60,804 bases of DNA from Chloroflexota bacterium (GTDB taxonomy: Bacteria; Chloroflexota; Limnocylindria; P2-11E). Numbering within the stretch: the first letter of the stretch is position 1; every line of letters begins with the position of its first letter. Location: the NCBI GenBank assembly GCA_005879975.1, contig VBIL01000002.1, positions 1-60,804 on the forward strand. The letters run 5' to 3'. Both the position numbers and the translations under genes were made by a program. Under the pieces are notes generated by a model, which had not been told where the DNA came from, made no database searches, and saw only the letters and a program-made list of their open reading frames with translations. Below, one piece after another: positions 27,933 through 37,183 of this stretch.

Positions 27933-28594
27933 GCCGTGCGGTCGTCGTGATGGCCCCGGCGAAGATCAACCTCACGCTCGAAGTGCTCGGGCGCCGCGCC
28001 GACGGATATCACGAGCTCACCTCGGTCTTCGCGACGATCGACGTTCGCGATCGCGTTCGTGTCGCGCCCTGCAAGACGCTCGATGTTCGGATCGCGCCGG
28101 ACATCGGCGCGGCCGAGGGCGAGGATCTCGCCTCGCGGGCCGTGCTCGCTCTTGCCGAAGCAAACGGCCGCGCTCCGTTCGCGCACGTGCGCGTGAAGAA
28201 GCGGATACCGGTGGCGGCAGGTCTCGGCGGCGGTTCGAGCGACGCCGCTGCCGTACTGCGCGCGCTCGCGCGCGTCTGGCACCTCGACGGGCAGGGTCTC
28301 GAGGCCGTCGGCGCGCGTGTGGGATCGGACGTGCCGTTCTTCGCCAGCGGAGCACCCTACGCGCTGGTGCGAGGCCGTGGCGAGCAGGTCGAACCCCTAC
28401 CGGCGCCGGCGCCTCTGTGGATCGCCCTCGTCCAACTTCGCGAACGCGTGTCGACGGCGGAGGTATTCGACGCATATCGAGGCGACGGATCGAACGGCGC
28501 GCGAAGCGCCGCGCTCGCCCGGGCACTGCGAGAAGGAGCCGCGACACCGTCCGTCATCCGTAGATGTTTGGTGAACGATCTCTCTTCGCCCTAG
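27929..28594 (+). CDS. ispE: 4-diphosphocytidyl-2-C-methyl-D-erythritol kinase, C-terminal about 60-70 aa missing
   Basis: GTGA-coupled start. Contains APAKINLTLEVLGRRADGYHEL and KRIPVAAGLGGGSSDAAA. The ORF stops 3 codons after VNDL, so the last GHMP motif (SGSG-type) is absent. Confidence 0.8.
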   Translation: MSRAVVVMAPAKINLTLEVLGRRADGYHELTSVFATIDVRDRVRVAPCKTLDVRIAPDIGAAEGEDLASRAVLALAEANGRAPFAHVRVKKRIPVAAGLGGGSSDAAAVLRALARVWHLDGQGLEAVGARVGSDVPFFASGAPYALVRGRGEQVEPLPAPAPLWIALVQLRERVSTAEVFDAYRGDGSNGARSAALARALREGAATPSVIRRCLVNDLSSP

Positions 28595-28750
28595 GAGATG
28601 ACCGGGCGCATGCGATCAGAATCGCGCGTCGGTTGCGTCGCACCGGACTCCACGTGCGCGTCTTGCGCCTCGGTGTCACTCCATGAGCGACAAGCGAGCG
28701 AGGGCTGTCCCCCTACGTTTGACGCAGTGGATCCCCGAGGAGAGCTCACG

Positions 28751-29080
28751 GTGCGTCAGGCGGGCCAGCGCGGCGGGACATCGACCGCGGGTAAGCACGG
28801 CTCGTCGTTCTATCGAGAGATCGGTCGTCGTGGCGGCCAGGCTCGCAAAGGCCAGCTCGGGCCCGAGGGTTACGCGAAGCTCGGCCGCAAAGGCGGCGAG
28901 GCGCGCAAGACGCAGCTCGGGTCGCGCGGATACGCCGAACTCGGACGCAAGGGTGGCGAAGCGCGAAAGTCGCAGCTTGGTAGCGAGGGTTACGCACAGC
29001 TCGGCCGAAAAGGCGGGCGTCGCGTCGCGGAATTGATCAAACGCGGCAAGCAGCCCGCGGGGGGTTCGAGGGAGGCGTAG
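28751..29080 (+). CDS. KGG-repeat general stress protein (YciG/GsiB-like)
   Basis: GTG 28751 follows GAGGAG. The protein has three GY(A)[15 protein letters not shown] units. ORF 28598-29080 was trimmed to this start. Confidence 0.7.
   Translation: MRQAGQRGGTSTAGKHGSSFYREIGRRGGQARKGQLGPEGYAKLGRKGGEARKTQLGSRGYAELGRKGGEARKSQLGSEGYAQLGRKGGRRVAELIKRGKQPAGGSREA
28868..29017 (+). repeat. 2.5 tandem copies of a 60-nt coding repeat ([20 protein letters not shown])
   Basis: Read directly in DNA and protein. Confidence 0.7.
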
Positions 29081-29118
29081 CCGCCATCGGCCGCCCCTAA
29101 CATTTGAGCCGTGTCCCG

Positions 29119-29189
29119 TGGGGCGTGGCCAAGTGGTAAGGCGGCGGACTTTGGATCCGCTATCCCAGGTTCGAATCCTGGCGCCCCAG
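29119..29189 (+). tRNA. tRNA-Gln (anticodon UUG)
   Basis: Full cloverleaf: acceptor UGGGGCG/CGCCCCA (U1-A72, as in E. coli tRNA-Gln), D arm GCCAAGUGGUAAGGC, anticodon arm GCGGA-CUUUGGA-UCCGC, and T arm CCAGG-UUCGAAU-CCUGG. CCA is not encoded. Confidence 0.9.
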
Positions 29190-29203
29190 CCTGACCGGTC
29201 GAA

Positions 29204-30571
29204 ATGACCGACGCGCCGCTGGCCATCGTGCTCGCGGCGGGCCTCTCGACCCGGATGAAGTCCAAGACGCCGAAGGTCCTTCACCCGATCGCCGGACGCC
29301 CGCTCCTCGCGCATGTGCTGGACACCGTTCGTGCGGCCGGCGCGTTGCCGCTGGTCGTGCTTTCCAAGGACAGCGAGCCCGCTCGCGCGATGCTCGATGG
29401 CAGTGCGCGGGTCGCGCTCCAAGACCCGCCGCGGGGGACCGGCGATGCAGTGCGCGTCGCGCTCGCGGAGGCGAATGGCGAGCGGGGCGTCGCGTACATC
29501 GTCTACGGGGACACGCCACTCCTGCGCGCGGAGACGCTCGCGAGTCTGCGCGCGCTGCTCGCCGAGCGTCACGCCATGCTCGCGATCCTCGCCGGTGACG
29601 TCGGGACCGATAACGCGTACGGCCGGATCGTCCGCGACAAGAACGGGGACGTCGAGCGGATCGTCGAAGCCCGGCTCGCGTCCGCCGAGGAGAAGCTCCT
29701 CCCGGAATCGATCCTGGGCGCGTACGCTGCCGACCTCGGCTGGCTGCGCGAGGCCGTCGCGCGTCTCCGACCGAACGCGACCGGCGAGATCTTTCTCACC
29801 GACCTCGTGGCCGAGGCGACACGCGAAGGCAAGCGGGTCGCGGTCCATCGCACCGGCGATCCGGAGGAGGGAATGGGCGTGAACACGCGAGTCGAGCTGG
29901 CCGCGGCCGAAGCAGCGCTCCGACGGCGCATCCGCGATGGCCACATGCTCGCGGGCGTGACGTTCCGCGACCCGGAGTCGTGCCAGGTCGATGCGGACGT
30001 GCGCATCGCCGCCGATGTCGTGATCGACCGCGGGACGATCCTCGAAGGGAAGACGCAGATCGCCGCCGGCTCGCGCGTCGGACCGTACGCCGTGTTACGC
30101 GACACCATCATCGGTGAGCGCTGCCGCGTCGAAAACTCGACCCTCGAAGGCGCGACGCTCGAGGACGAGGTGACGGTGGGGCCGTACTCCCACTTGCGTC
30201 CGGGTGCCTACTTGGAGCGCGGCGTGTCGATAGGCAACTTCGGTGAGGTCAAGAACGCCCGCCTCAAGACCGGCACCAAGATGCACCACTTCAGCTACAT
30301 CGGCGATGCCGAAATAGGCGCGCGCGTGAACATCGGCGCGGGGACCATCACGCTCAACTACGACGGCGTAAGAAAGAATCGCACCGTCGTCGGAGACGAC
30401 GCATTTATCGGTTCGGACACGCTCCTGCGTGCGCCGGTGACCGTCGGGGCCGGCGCGACGACCGGCGCCGGAGCAGTCGTGACGAAGGACGTCCCCGAGG
30501 GCATGGTGGCGGTGGGCATGCCGGCGCGCGCTATCAAGAAGGCGGACCGCCGGCAGAAGAAGGGAAGCTAG
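29204..30571 (+). CDS. glmU: Bifunctional GlcNAc-1-P uridylyltransferase / GlcN-1-P acetyltransferase
   Basis: Contains LAAGLSTRMKSKTPKVLH and GTGDAV, plus C-terminal left-handed beta-helix hexapeptide repeats. Confidence 0.95.
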   Translation: MTDAPLAIVLAAGLSTRMKSKTPKVLHPIAGRPLLAHVLDTVRAAGALPLVVLSKDSEPARAMLDGSARVALQDPPRGTGDAVRVALAEANGERGVAYIVYGDTPLLRAETLASLRALLAERHAMLAILAGDVGTDNAYGRIVRDKNGDVERIVEARLASAEEKLLPESILGAYAADLGWLREAVARLRPNATGEIFLTDLVAEATREGKRVAVHRTGDPEEGMGVNTRVELAAAEAALRRRIRDGHMLAGVTFRDPESCQVDADVRIAADVVIDRGTILEGKTQIAAGSRVGPYAVLRDTIIGERCRVENSTLEGATLEDEVTVGPYSHLRPGAYLERGVSIGNFGEVKNARLKTGTKMHHFSYIGDAEIGARVNIGAGTITLNYDGVRKNRTVVGDDAFIGSDTLLRAPVTVGAGATTGAGAVVTKDVPEGMVAVGMPARAIKKADRRQKKGS

Positions 30572-31897
30572 GTGGACCCAACCACCATCTGGGTGCTCCT
30601 GTTGGAGCTCATCCTCGTCGCCGTGCTCGCCATCCTCTCCGCGAGCGAAGCCGCGTTGCACACGATCCGGCGGCCGCAGCTCATCGAGGAGCTCGCGGAG
30701 CGCGGCCGGCGCGGCCGGCGCGCCGGGACGATGGGCCGCCGGGCGATCGAATACCTGGCGGCGATCCAGGTCGCGGAGTTCTTCATCGTCTTCGCGTTTT
30801 CCGGCATATCGGCCGCCTTCGTCGCGCCACGCCTCTCGGATCTGCTGCGTTTCGTCTTCGGCCCCGGAGCGCCGGTCGTGCGCGACGTGGCCGCGGTGGT
30901 CGTCACGGTCGCCGTGCTGTCGCTCATCGCCGTCCTCCTCGGCCTATTCGTCCCGCGCGCCATCGGCGCTCGGCACGCGCAGGCGGTGCTGCTCGTCCTG
31001 GTGTGGCCGCTCGAGTTCGTCACCTGGATCACGCAGCCCCTCGTGGGCCTGCTGTTCTTCCTTGCGAGGCTTCTCACGCGCCCATTCGGTGCGAACCCCG
31101 AGGCGGGCGCGCTCGCGCTCGTCACCGAGGACGAGATCAGGTCGCTCGTAGAAACGGGACAGGCGCAGGGGGTGCTCCAGGAACGCGAGCAGCGCATGAT
31201 CACGTCTATCTTCGCGATTTCGGAGAAGCCGGTGCACGAGGTGATGGTGCCGCGCACCGACATCGTCGCGATCGACGTGGACACCCCAGCCGCGGAGATC
31301 CTCAAAGACATCACCAAGGTCGGCCACTCGCGCATCCCGGTCTTCGAGGGCTCGCCCGACAACATCATCGGGATCCTCTATGTGAAGGATCTCTTCCGGC
31401 GCCTGGCCCGCGGTGAGAAGGATGTTCAGATTCGTCCGTATCTTCGGCCGGCGCAGTTCGTCCCTGAGTCCAAGAAGATCGACCAGCTCCTCCGCGACAT
31501 GCAGAAGGAAAAGGTTCACATCGCCATCGTCGTCGACGAGTACGGCGGCACGAGCGGACTGGTCACGATCGAGGACCTGGTCGAGGAGATCGTCGGCGAG
31601 ATCCGTGACGAATACGACGTCGAGCAGGAGATGGTGCTGCCGGTCTCCGAGACCGAGGCGCTCATGGACGCGCGCGTCCCCTTCGAGGAAGTGCGCGAGG
31701 CCTTTGCGCTCGACCTGCCATCGTCCGAGAACTACGACACGCTCGGCGGTTTCGTCGTCGCGCAGCTCGGACGGTTCCCACGTGCCGGCGAGGCTGTGGA
31801 GGCGGGTGGCGCCCGATTCGTCGTAGAGACCGTTGAAGGTCGGCGCATCCGCCGCGTGCGCGTGGTCAAGAAGACGCCGACCGCAGAAATGGTCTGA
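30572..31897 (+). CDS. CNNM/HlyC-CorC family transporter (DUF21 TM domain, CBS pair, CorC_HlyC)
   Basis: Has four N-terminal TM helices, then HEVMVPRTDIVAID...HSRIPVF...AIVVDEYGGTSGLVTIEDLVEEIVGEI. Confidence 0.85.
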   Translation: MDPTTIWVLLLELILVAVLAILSASEAALHTIRRPQLIEELAERGRRGRRAGTMGRRAIEYLAAIQVAEFFIVFAFSGISAAFVAPRLSDLLRFVFGPGAPVVRDVAAVVVTVAVLSLIAVLLGLFVPRAIGARHAQAVLLVLVWPLEFVTWITQPLVGLLFFLARLLTRPFGANPEAGALALVTEDEIRSLVETGQAQGVLQEREQRMITSIFAISEKPVHEVMVPRTDIVAIDVDTPAAEILKDITKVGHSRIPVFEGSPDNIIGILYVKDLFRRLARGEKDVQIRPYLRPAQFVPESKKIDQLLRDMQKEKVHIAIVVDEYGGTSGLVTIEDLVEEIVGEIRDEYDVEQEMVLPVSETEALMDARVPFEEVREAFALDLPSSENYDTLGGFVVAQLGRFPRAGEAVEAGGARFVVETVEGRRIRRVRVVKKTPTAEMV

Positions 31898-32308
31898 GTG
31901 GAGAAGCTTGCCCCGGGCGACGAGGACCTGATCCGCGTCGCGGCGCTCGCGCGCCAGCGCGCGTATGCGCCGTATTCGAAGTACAAGGTCGGCGCGGCTA
32001 TTCGCACGAAGCGGAACAAGATCTACTCGGGTGCGAACGTGGAGAACGCGTCCTACGGGCTCACGGTCTGCGCGGAGCGCTGCGCGGTGTGGGCCGCGGT
32101 CGCGGCGGGGGAGACGAAGGACTACGACGCGATCGCGATCGTGATCGACGACGACAAGCTACCGACGCCTTGTGGCGCGTGCCGGCAGGTGATCGCGGAG
32201 TTCGCGCCCGACCTGCGTGTCGTGCTCGCGACGACCGCCGGCATGCGGAAGGCCACGACGCTGACCGCGCTCCTCCCCGAGCCCTTCCTTCCGGGGAATC
32301 TCGTCTAG
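31898..32308 (+). CDS. cdd: Cytidine deaminase (small tetrameric type)
   Basis: Contains APYSKYKVGAA, CAERCA and PCGACRQ zinc motifs (136 aa). Confidence 0.9.
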   Translation: MEKLAPGDEDLIRVAALARQRAYAPYSKYKVGAAIRTKRNKIYSGANVENASYGLTVCAERCAVWAAVAAGETKDYDAIAIVIDDDKLPTPCGACRQVIAEFAPDLRVVLATTAGMRKATTLTALLPEPFLPGNLV

Positions 32309-32793
32309 CTCGCGGTCTGCGCGTCGGTCAGCGCGCGGTAGAACGCGGTCGCGCGCGTCATGGCGAGCTCGCGCAAGCCTCCGCTGATTCGCTCCTCCGC
32401 ATGCTCGCCGGCGGATTCAAGGTGCAACACGCCGTAGTCCCGGATCATCGAGAGCGGGAAGGGGCGTGCCAGGCTCGCGTCCTGGATGCGATCGAGCAGC
32501 AGGGCGGCCTGATTGCGGTTGAACACTCCCCAACGCGCGATCACCCGCCGATCAGTGAGCACGAACCATTTCGCGCTCCAGGGGATCCAGCGGAAGAGGA
32601 TCCAAAGGGTCAGCACGATGAACACCGCGAGGCACGCGATGACGAGCCCCGGCTGACCGAGGCCGCCGAAGTAGAGGGCCAACACAAACAGCATCACGTC
32701 GAGGATGACGAGAGGTTCCCAGAGAAAGAGTGGTCTCGTCGCGAGAAGCACCCTCTCGCTCGGCTCGAGGATGATGTCCCGCGGAGCCGTCAT
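32305..32793 (-). CDS. Membrane protein with bacterial PH (bPH_2/YdbT-like) domain
   Basis: Two TM helices followed by WFVLTDRRVIARWGVFNRNQAALLLDRIQD. Confidence 0.6.
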   Translation of the reverse strand: MTAPRDIILEPSERVLLATRPLFLWEPLVILDVMLFVLALYFGGLGQPGLVIACLAVFIVLTLWILFRWIPWSAKWFVLTDRRVIARWGVFNRNQAALLLDRIQDASLARPFPLSMIRDYGVLHLESAGEHAEERISGGLRELAMTRATAFYRALTDAQTAS

Positions 32794-32826
32794 CGCGCGC
32801 GAAATTCTAGAGGCGGGCCCGCCCGA

Positions 32827-33150
32827 TCAGCGCGCGGAGTGGCGCCCCCGATTCGCGACTTGCCGAACTGGCTGCAGTGCCTCTAGGACTCGAGCGCGCC
32901 ATGAAGTGCGCCGGCCCAATGATTCCTCGACCTTCGTCCAGATCGAGGTACGGCCGGAGCGCCCGACCTCAACCGCGAGAGGGCGGACCCGCGGATCGAG
33001 GTTGTACCAGCCCTGCGCCGGCAAATGAAGGGCCGTCCTGCGCTGACCGTTCCTCGGACGCACACCGAGCCGCGCGACGTCTCTGCCGCAAAAACGGCAG
33101 AGGATCGCCGCCTCCTGGATCTGCTCAGCGCAGTACGGACATGCCCTCAT
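32827..33150 (-). CDS. Hypothetical zinc-ribbon protein
   Basis: The N-terminus is CPYCAEQI...CRFCG, followed by a GWYNLDP motif. The C-terminal half is low-complexity and R-rich, so it may be frame-damaged. Confidence 0.35.
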   Translation of the reverse strand: MRACPYCAEQIQEAAILCRFCGRDVARLGVRPRNGQRRTALHLPAQGWYNLDPRVRPLAVEVGRSGRTSIWTKVEESLGRRTSWRARVLEALQPVRQVANRGRHSAR

Positions 33151-33365
33151 CAGTCATCTGAGTCTGCATCGATCGGTCCACATATGCACGCTTTCGGGGG
33201 TCGCGACCTTCTGGTGGGTCACAGTCGAGTAACGGCGGTGCGTCTAGACGACCGCGTTAGGCCCGTGTGGCGGCACCGGCCGGCTCAGCGGCGCCGGTCG
33301 CCGTCGCGACCAGGCGCTCGAGCAGTTGAAGCGGTTCACGAGCGGTCGGGGTGACGCCTCGCAGC

Positions 33366-34313
33366 TCATGCCAGGATCTCGCGAATCCGTTCCACATTCT
33401 CCGCCGGGAGCGGGGCCGCCGGCGCGAAGAGCGCGGCGAGACGTTCCCGCAGCTTGCCCTGCGCGCGCTCGAACGCCAGCGCCACCGGCAGCGTCTTCTT
33501 TCGCTTGGTCAGGTCATTCATCTCTACCTTGCCGGTGCGTTCGGCCGACGCCCAGATGCCGAGGAGATCGTCGTGCGCCTGGAAGGCCTGCCCGAAGGCG
33601 TCGCCGAAGCGCGCGAGCGATCCGCGCACCAGCGGGTCGTCCGTCGCGAGCACAGCGGCCCCCTCGGCCGCGGCCGCGAAGAGCGCCCCGGTCTTCTTCG
33701 CGGCCATCGCCCGGTACCGCTCGGTGGTGACGTCGGTCCGTGTCTCGAAGGAGATATCCAGGAACTGCCCCTCGCAGACCTGCACGCATGCCCGGTCCAC
33801 GAGGCCCGCGAACGCGAGCACCCGTTCCGACGGGAATCCGCGAAGCCTCTGCACCGCGAGCCGCGACACCGCGAACATCCCATCACCAGCGTTGATCGCC
33901 TGCGGGACGCCCCATACGCTCCAGACCGTCGGCCGATGGTGACGGGCCGGGTCCTGGTCCTCGATGTCGTCGTGGATCAGGGTGAAGTTGTGCAGAAGCT
34001 CGATCGCCGCGGCCGCCGGAAGCGCGGGGCGCGCGTCGCCAGTCAGCGCTTCGTAGACCAGCGTGCACAGGACCGGACGGAGACGCTTGCCGCCCCCGCC
34101 GCGCTCGGCGTCGAGCCCGAGGTGGTACAGCATCATCCCGTAGAAGGGTTGGAGTGCCGGCTCCGCCTGGCTGAGAAGAGCGCGGATCTCTTCGTCTACA
34201 GCGGCGAGGTGCGCTTCAATGGTTTGGCCCACCAGAGATCGATGATACGGTCGCTTCGCGGAGTCGGGCGGCGCAGCTCCCCGCCTGTTCGTACCATTGA
34301 CGCGACGTGGCAT
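33366..34313 (-). CDS. Polyprenyl diphosphate synthase (trans-IPPS); 3' end continues in another frame to about 33257
   Basis: Contains the first DDxxD box LIHDDIEDQD, the second QAHDDLLG, and KRKKTLPV. The ORF ends about 45 aa early. Downstream frame +1 reads ELRGVTPTAREPLQLLERLV...*, which looks like the missing tail. The start is uncertain (ATG 34313 or GTG 34232). Confidence 0.8.
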   Translation of the reverse strand: MPRRVNGTNRRGAAPPDSAKRPYHRSLVGQTIEAHLAAVDEEIRALLSQAEPALQPFYGMMLYHLGLDAERGGGGKRLRPVLCTLVYEALTGDARPALPAAAAIELLHNFTLIHDDIEDQDPARHHRPTVWSVWGVPQAINAGDGMFAVSRLAVQRLRGFPSERVLAFAGLVDRACVQVCEGQFLDISFETRTDVTTERYRAMAAKKTGALFAAAAEGAAVLATDDPLVRGSLARFGDAFGQAFQAHDDLLGIWASAERTGKVEMNDLTKRKKTLPVALAFERAQGKLRERLAALFAPAAPLPAENVERIREILA

Positions 34314-35083
34314 CTCGCACGTACCGTGCGGAGGCGATCGTCCTCAAGACGAACGACTTCGCCGAGGCAGATCGCATCCTCGTCCTCTTCACGCGCCATT
34401 TCGGCAAGGTACGCGTCGTCGCGAAGGGCATCCGCCGCGCGACGAGTCGTATGGCCGGGCACGCGGAGCCGCTCACCCACGCCACGTATCAGCTCGCGCG
34501 CGGTCGTGAGCTCGACGTGCTCACGGGCGCCGAAGCGCGCGCCATCTATCGGGACATGCGCGACGATCTCGCGCTGATTGCCGCCGGCTGGTACGTCGCC
34601 GAGCTCGTCGATCGGTTCACCGCCGACCGCGTCCCGTCGGCGCCGCTTTTCGACCTGCTCGAGACCGCGCTCCGCTCGCTCGATGCCGGCATGTCGGCTC
34701 CAGTGGTGTGCCGATGGTTCGATCTGCACCTACTCGACCGCTCCGGATTCCGTCCGGAGCTGGGCGTCTGCGCGCACTGCCGCACGCCTCTTGCCGAGGG
34801 GACGAACGCGTGGGAGCCGGCGGCGGGCGGCGCGATCTGCGCGGGCTGCGCGACGCGGCTCAGCCTCGTCGCTCCGCTGTCCGTCCGCGCGCTCAAGTCG
34901 CTGCGGTTCCTGCTCGTCAGCGACCTCGACACCGCGGCGCGCCTCCGGCTCGACGCCATGCTGGCGCACGAGCTCGACCGACACCTGCGCGCGTTCGTCC
35001 GGTACGTGATCGATCGCGACATCGCCACAGCACGCCTCATGGACGAGCTCCGCGACCTGAAACCGCCCGCACGCGTGTCGTGA
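34307..35083 (+). CDS. recO: DNA repair protein RecO
   Basis: The N-terminal OB fold reads YRAEAIVLKTNDFAEADRILVLFTRHFGKVRVVAKG. A Cys4 motif CAHC...CAGC is present. Confidence 0.85.
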   Translation: MASRTYRAEAIVLKTNDFAEADRILVLFTRHFGKVRVVAKGIRRATSRMAGHAEPLTHATYQLARGRELDVLTGAEARAIYRDMRDDLALIAAGWYVAELVDRFTADRVPSAPLFDLLETALRSLDAGMSAPVVCRWFDLHLLDRSGFRPELGVCAHCRTPLAEGTNAWEPAAGGAICAGCATRLSLVAPLSVRALKSLRFLLVSDLDTAARLRLDAMLAHELDRHLRAFVRYVIDRDIATARLMDELRDLKPPARVS

Positions 35084-36453
35084 AGACGGCCGCGAGGGTG
35101 GAGGACGTCGCAGAAAAGCTCACCTCGCTCGCGAAGCGACGAGGCTTCGTCTTTCCGTCGAGCGAGATCTACGGCGGGGCGGGCGCGACCTGGGATTTCG
35201 GTCCGCTGGGTGTCGAGCTCAAGCGAAACGTAAAGGATTCTTGGTGGCGCGCGATGGTGCAGCTGCGCGACGACATCGTCGGGCTCGATGGCGCGATCCT
35301 CATGCACCCGCGGGTGTGGGAGGCATCGGGCCACATTGAGAACTTCACCGACCCGCTCGTCGAATGCAGCCACTGTCGCAAGCGCTTCCGCCTGGACGAG
35401 CTTCCAAACGGCGACGCTCTCACTTCAGCCTGGCGCGCCAACAAGCTCGACCTTTCGAAGGAGCCCTGTCCGAACTGCGGTTCGATGCCGGCGCTGAGTC
35501 AGCCTCGCCGCTTCAACCTGATGTTCAAGACGTTCGTCGGACCGGTCGAAGACACTGCCTCGATCGCGTGGCTTCGACCCGAGACCGCGCAGTCGATCTT
35601 CGTGGACTTCGAGAGCGTCCAGCAGGCGACGCGTCGCAAACTTCCGTTCGGGATCGCGCAGATCGGCAAGGCTTTCCGCAACGAGATCACGCCAGGCAAC
35701 TTTATCTTTCGGTCGCGCGAGTTCGAGCAGATGGAGATGCAGTACTTCAGCCGTGCGGCCGACGCGCCGCGTTTCTACGAGGAGTGGAAGGATCTCCGCC
35801 GCGCGTGGCATGTCGCGCAGGGCATTCCGGCCAACAAGCTGCGCTTTCGCGACCACGCCGCCGACGAGCGCGCCCACTACGCGGCGGCGGCGACGGACAT
35901 CGAGTTCGAGTTTCCTTTCGGCTGGAGGGAGTTCGAGGGCATCCACTACCGCACCGACTACGACCTGAGGCGGCACAGCGAGTTTTCCGGGAAGGACCTC
36001 TCGTACTTCGACGATGCGACCAACGCGCGTTTCGTTCCGCACGTGGTCGAGACCTCAGTCGGGGCCGACCGCGCGACCTACGCGATCCTCTGCGCCGCGT
36101 ACGACGAGGAGCCCGACAAGGAGGAAACCCGTGTCGTGCTCCGTCTCCGCCCGCACCTCGCCCCCTACAAAATCGCGGTCCTGCCACTCTCAAAGAAGCC
36201 TGAGCTCTCGGCCCTCGCGCGAGAGGTCTGGGCGGCGGTGAGGCCGCACTTCATGTCCACATTCGACGAGACCCAGGCGATCGGCCGCCGCTACCGGCGG
36301 CAGGATGAGATCGGAACCCCGCTCTGCGTGACCGTGGACTTTGAGTCGCTCGTCGATCGTGCGGTCACCATCCGCGAGCGTGACTCGATGGGCCAGGTCC
36401 GCGTGCCCATCGCCGAGCTCATTCCCGCCCTCCGCGAGAAGCTCGGCGCCTGA
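35080..36453 (+). CDS. glyQS: Glycine--tRNA ligase (dimeric class II type)
   Basis: GTGA-coupled to recO. Contains LAKRRGFVFPSSEIYGGAGATWDFGPLG, FNLMFKT, RPETAQ, GKAFRNEITP and FRSREFEQMEMQYF. Confidence 0.9.
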   Translation: MKTAARVEDVAEKLTSLAKRRGFVFPSSEIYGGAGATWDFGPLGVELKRNVKDSWWRAMVQLRDDIVGLDGAILMHPRVWEASGHIENFTDPLVECSHCRKRFRLDELPNGDALTSAWRANKLDLSKEPCPNCGSMPALSQPRRFNLMFKTFVGPVEDTASIAWLRPETAQSIFVDFESVQQATRRKLPFGIAQIGKAFRNEITPGNFIFRSREFEQMEMQYFSRAADAPRFYEEWKDLRRAWHVAQGIPANKLRFRDHAADERAHYAAAATDIEFEFPFGWREFEGIHYRTDYDLRRHSEFSGKDLSYFDDATNARFVPHVVETSVGADRATYAILCAAYDEEPDKEETRVVLRLRPHLAPYKIAVLPLSKKPELSALAREVWAAVRPHFMSTFDETQAIGRRYRRQDEIGTPLCVTVDFESLVDRAVTIRERDSMGQVRVPIAELIPALREKLGA

Positions 36454-36460
36454 CCAGAGG

Positions 36461-37183
36461 GACGTCCTCGAGACCGCGTTCCTGCTGCTCTTCTTCAGTA
36501 CCGGGGCCCGTACACCGATCCTTGCGCTGCTCGCACTCCGGCGTCCCCGGAATCTGGCCGCGGTCGTCCTTCCGTATCTCGCGCTGCTCATCGTGGCGCT
36601 TATCGCCGCCGACCCAGCCGTCGTCGTTCTCGCCCTCTCGCCCTCCTCGCTCGCCGGCGCGGCCATCGCGCGCTGGATCGGAGCGCGCGAAGAGACCGTC
36701 GGCGCCCTGATGACCGGAACGATCGTCCTCTCGCTGGCGCTGCTCCCCGCCGGCGTTCCAGCGCTCGCCGTCACGTTGAACATGGGACTCGCGGCGCTGG
36801 TCGTCGGTGTCGTTGTCGCCGGATCGTTCCCCACGGTCCGCGACGCGATCCTTCCGGTCCTCGATCCGGCGCGCTACGCCGCGATCGCCGCCATCCTCGC
36901 GATAACCGCGATCAGCAGCATCTCGCTCGTCGACGGACGCGCGATCGCGCTGGCGGGGATCGTGCTTGTCGCAGGCACGCTCAGCGCGGCGATCGGCGCT
37001 TGGGTCTTCGGCGGCGACCCGCTCGCCGCGGCGATCGGCGGCGGGACGCGCGACCCGAGCGTCGCCGCCGGGGTCGCGATGCTCGTGGGTCTTGCCGGCG
37101 GGGCCGCCGTGCCGCTCGCGTACGCGGCGCTGCTGGCCCTAGCGACGGCCCTCGGGAAGCTCGTCGTCCCGCGCCAAACGTGA
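36461..37183 (+). CDS. Polytopic membrane protein, start codon not identifiable
   Basis: Hydrophobic A/L/V-rich ORF with high GC3 begins right after the glyQS stop. There is no ATG/GTG/TTG before GTG 36593, so the 5' end may be missing. Confidence 0.4.
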   Translation, partial: DVLETAFLLLFFSTGARTPILALLALRRPRNLAAVVLPYLALLIVALIAADPAVVVLALSPSSLAGAAIARWIGAREETVGALMTGTIVLSLALLPAGVPALAVTLNMGLAALVVGVVVAGSFPTVRDAILPVLDPARYAAIAAILAITAISSISLVDGRAIALAGIVLVAGTLSAAIGAWVFGGDPLAAAIGGGTRDPSVAAGVAMLVGLAGGAAVPLAYAALLALATALGKLVVPRQT

